DNA of 64,000 nucleotides, taken from contig NC_086118.1 of assembly GCF_963921235.1 (NCBI RefSeq), positions 24,430,001-24,494,000 of the forward strand, read 5' to 3'. Origin of the DNA: Mobula hypostoma (lineage: Eukaryota). Made by a program: the position numbers and the translations under genes. Of this stretch, positions 63,220 to 64,000 are shown one piece after another; position 1 is the first letter of the stretch, and the number at the start of each line of letters is the position of its first letter. The notes beneath the pieces are model-generated. The model was given only the letters and a program-made list of their open reading frames with translations. It was not told where the DNA came from and did not search any database.

Positions 63220-64000
63220 ACCATATAACCATATAACCATATAACAATTACAGCACGGAAACAGGCCATCTCGGCCCTTCTAGTCCGTGCCGAACTCTTA
63301 CTCTCACCTAATCCCACCGACCTGCACTCAGCCCATAACCCTCCATTCCTTTCCTGTCCATATAACTGTCCAATTTAACTTTAAATGACAACATCGAACC
63401 TGCCTCAACCACTTCTGCTGGAAGCTCGTTCCATACAGCTACCACTCTCTGAGTAAAGAAGTTCCCCCTCATGTTACCCCTAAACTTTTGCCCTTTAACT
63501 CTCAACTCATGTCTTCTTGTTTGAATTTCCCTCACTCTCAATGGAAAAAGCCTATCCACGTCAACTCTACCTATCCTCCTCATAATTTTAAATTCCTCTA
63601 TCAAGTCCCCCCTCAACCTTCTACGCTCCAAAGAATAAAGACCTAACTTGTTCAACCTTTCTCTGTAACTTAGGAGATGAAACCCAGGCAACATTTTAGT
63701 AAATCTCCTCTGTACTCTCTCAATCTTATTGACATCTTTCCTATAATTCGGTGACCAGAACTGTACACAATACTCCAAATTTGGCCTTATCAATGCCTTA
63801 TATAATTTCAACATTTCATCCCAACTCCTCTACTCAATGCTCTGATATATAAAGGCCAGCATACCAAGAGCTTTCTTCACCACCCTATCCACATGAGATT
63901 CCACAATCAGGGAACTATGCACCATTATTCTCTGTTCTACAGCATTCTTCAATGCCCTACCATTTACCATGTATGTCCTATTTTGATTATTCCTACCAAA
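63220..64000 (-). mobile_element. Young CR1 3' end, runs off the window
   Basis: ORF 63308..63814 LYKALIRPNLEYCVQFWSP...GLSAGRWD; (accatata)n tail. Confidence 0.96.

Overview
Eukaryotic, repeat-saturated intronic or intergenic DNA. The repeat inventory (CR1 dominance, Rex1/Babar, Penelope-like elements with hammerheads, V-domain/HE1-like SINEs) suggests a cartilaginous fish, probably a ray; this is inference. I could not recognise any host protein-coding exon, rRNA, true tRNA or CRISPR array. The recognisable protein-like ORFs are transposon fragments and the rest look like chance ORFs. Elements present: many CR1 LINE 3' fragments (one with an open 424-aa RT frame), several Rex1/Babar lineages, RTE, L2, L1, R4/Dong-like and HERO-like REL elements, two Tc1 transposons, a hAT/Charlie element carrying a CR1 fragment, mariner/Tc1 MITEs and tRNA-derived SINEs, often nested 3-4 deep. 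The most notable signal is a recurrent class of tiny Penelope-derived fold-back insertions. Each has an inverted arm, a direct arm and an unpaired 35-40 nt tail, is bounded by an exact 14-15 bp target-site duplication (TSD), and carries a minimal hammerhead ribozyme; both arms share copy-specific variants. Second is an unclassified ~680-bp non-autonomous retroelement (4 copies) with a YY1-type 5' end and a (TAATC)n tail. Boundaries of old repeats are approximate and were read by eye, and family names rest on motif recognition, not database searches.
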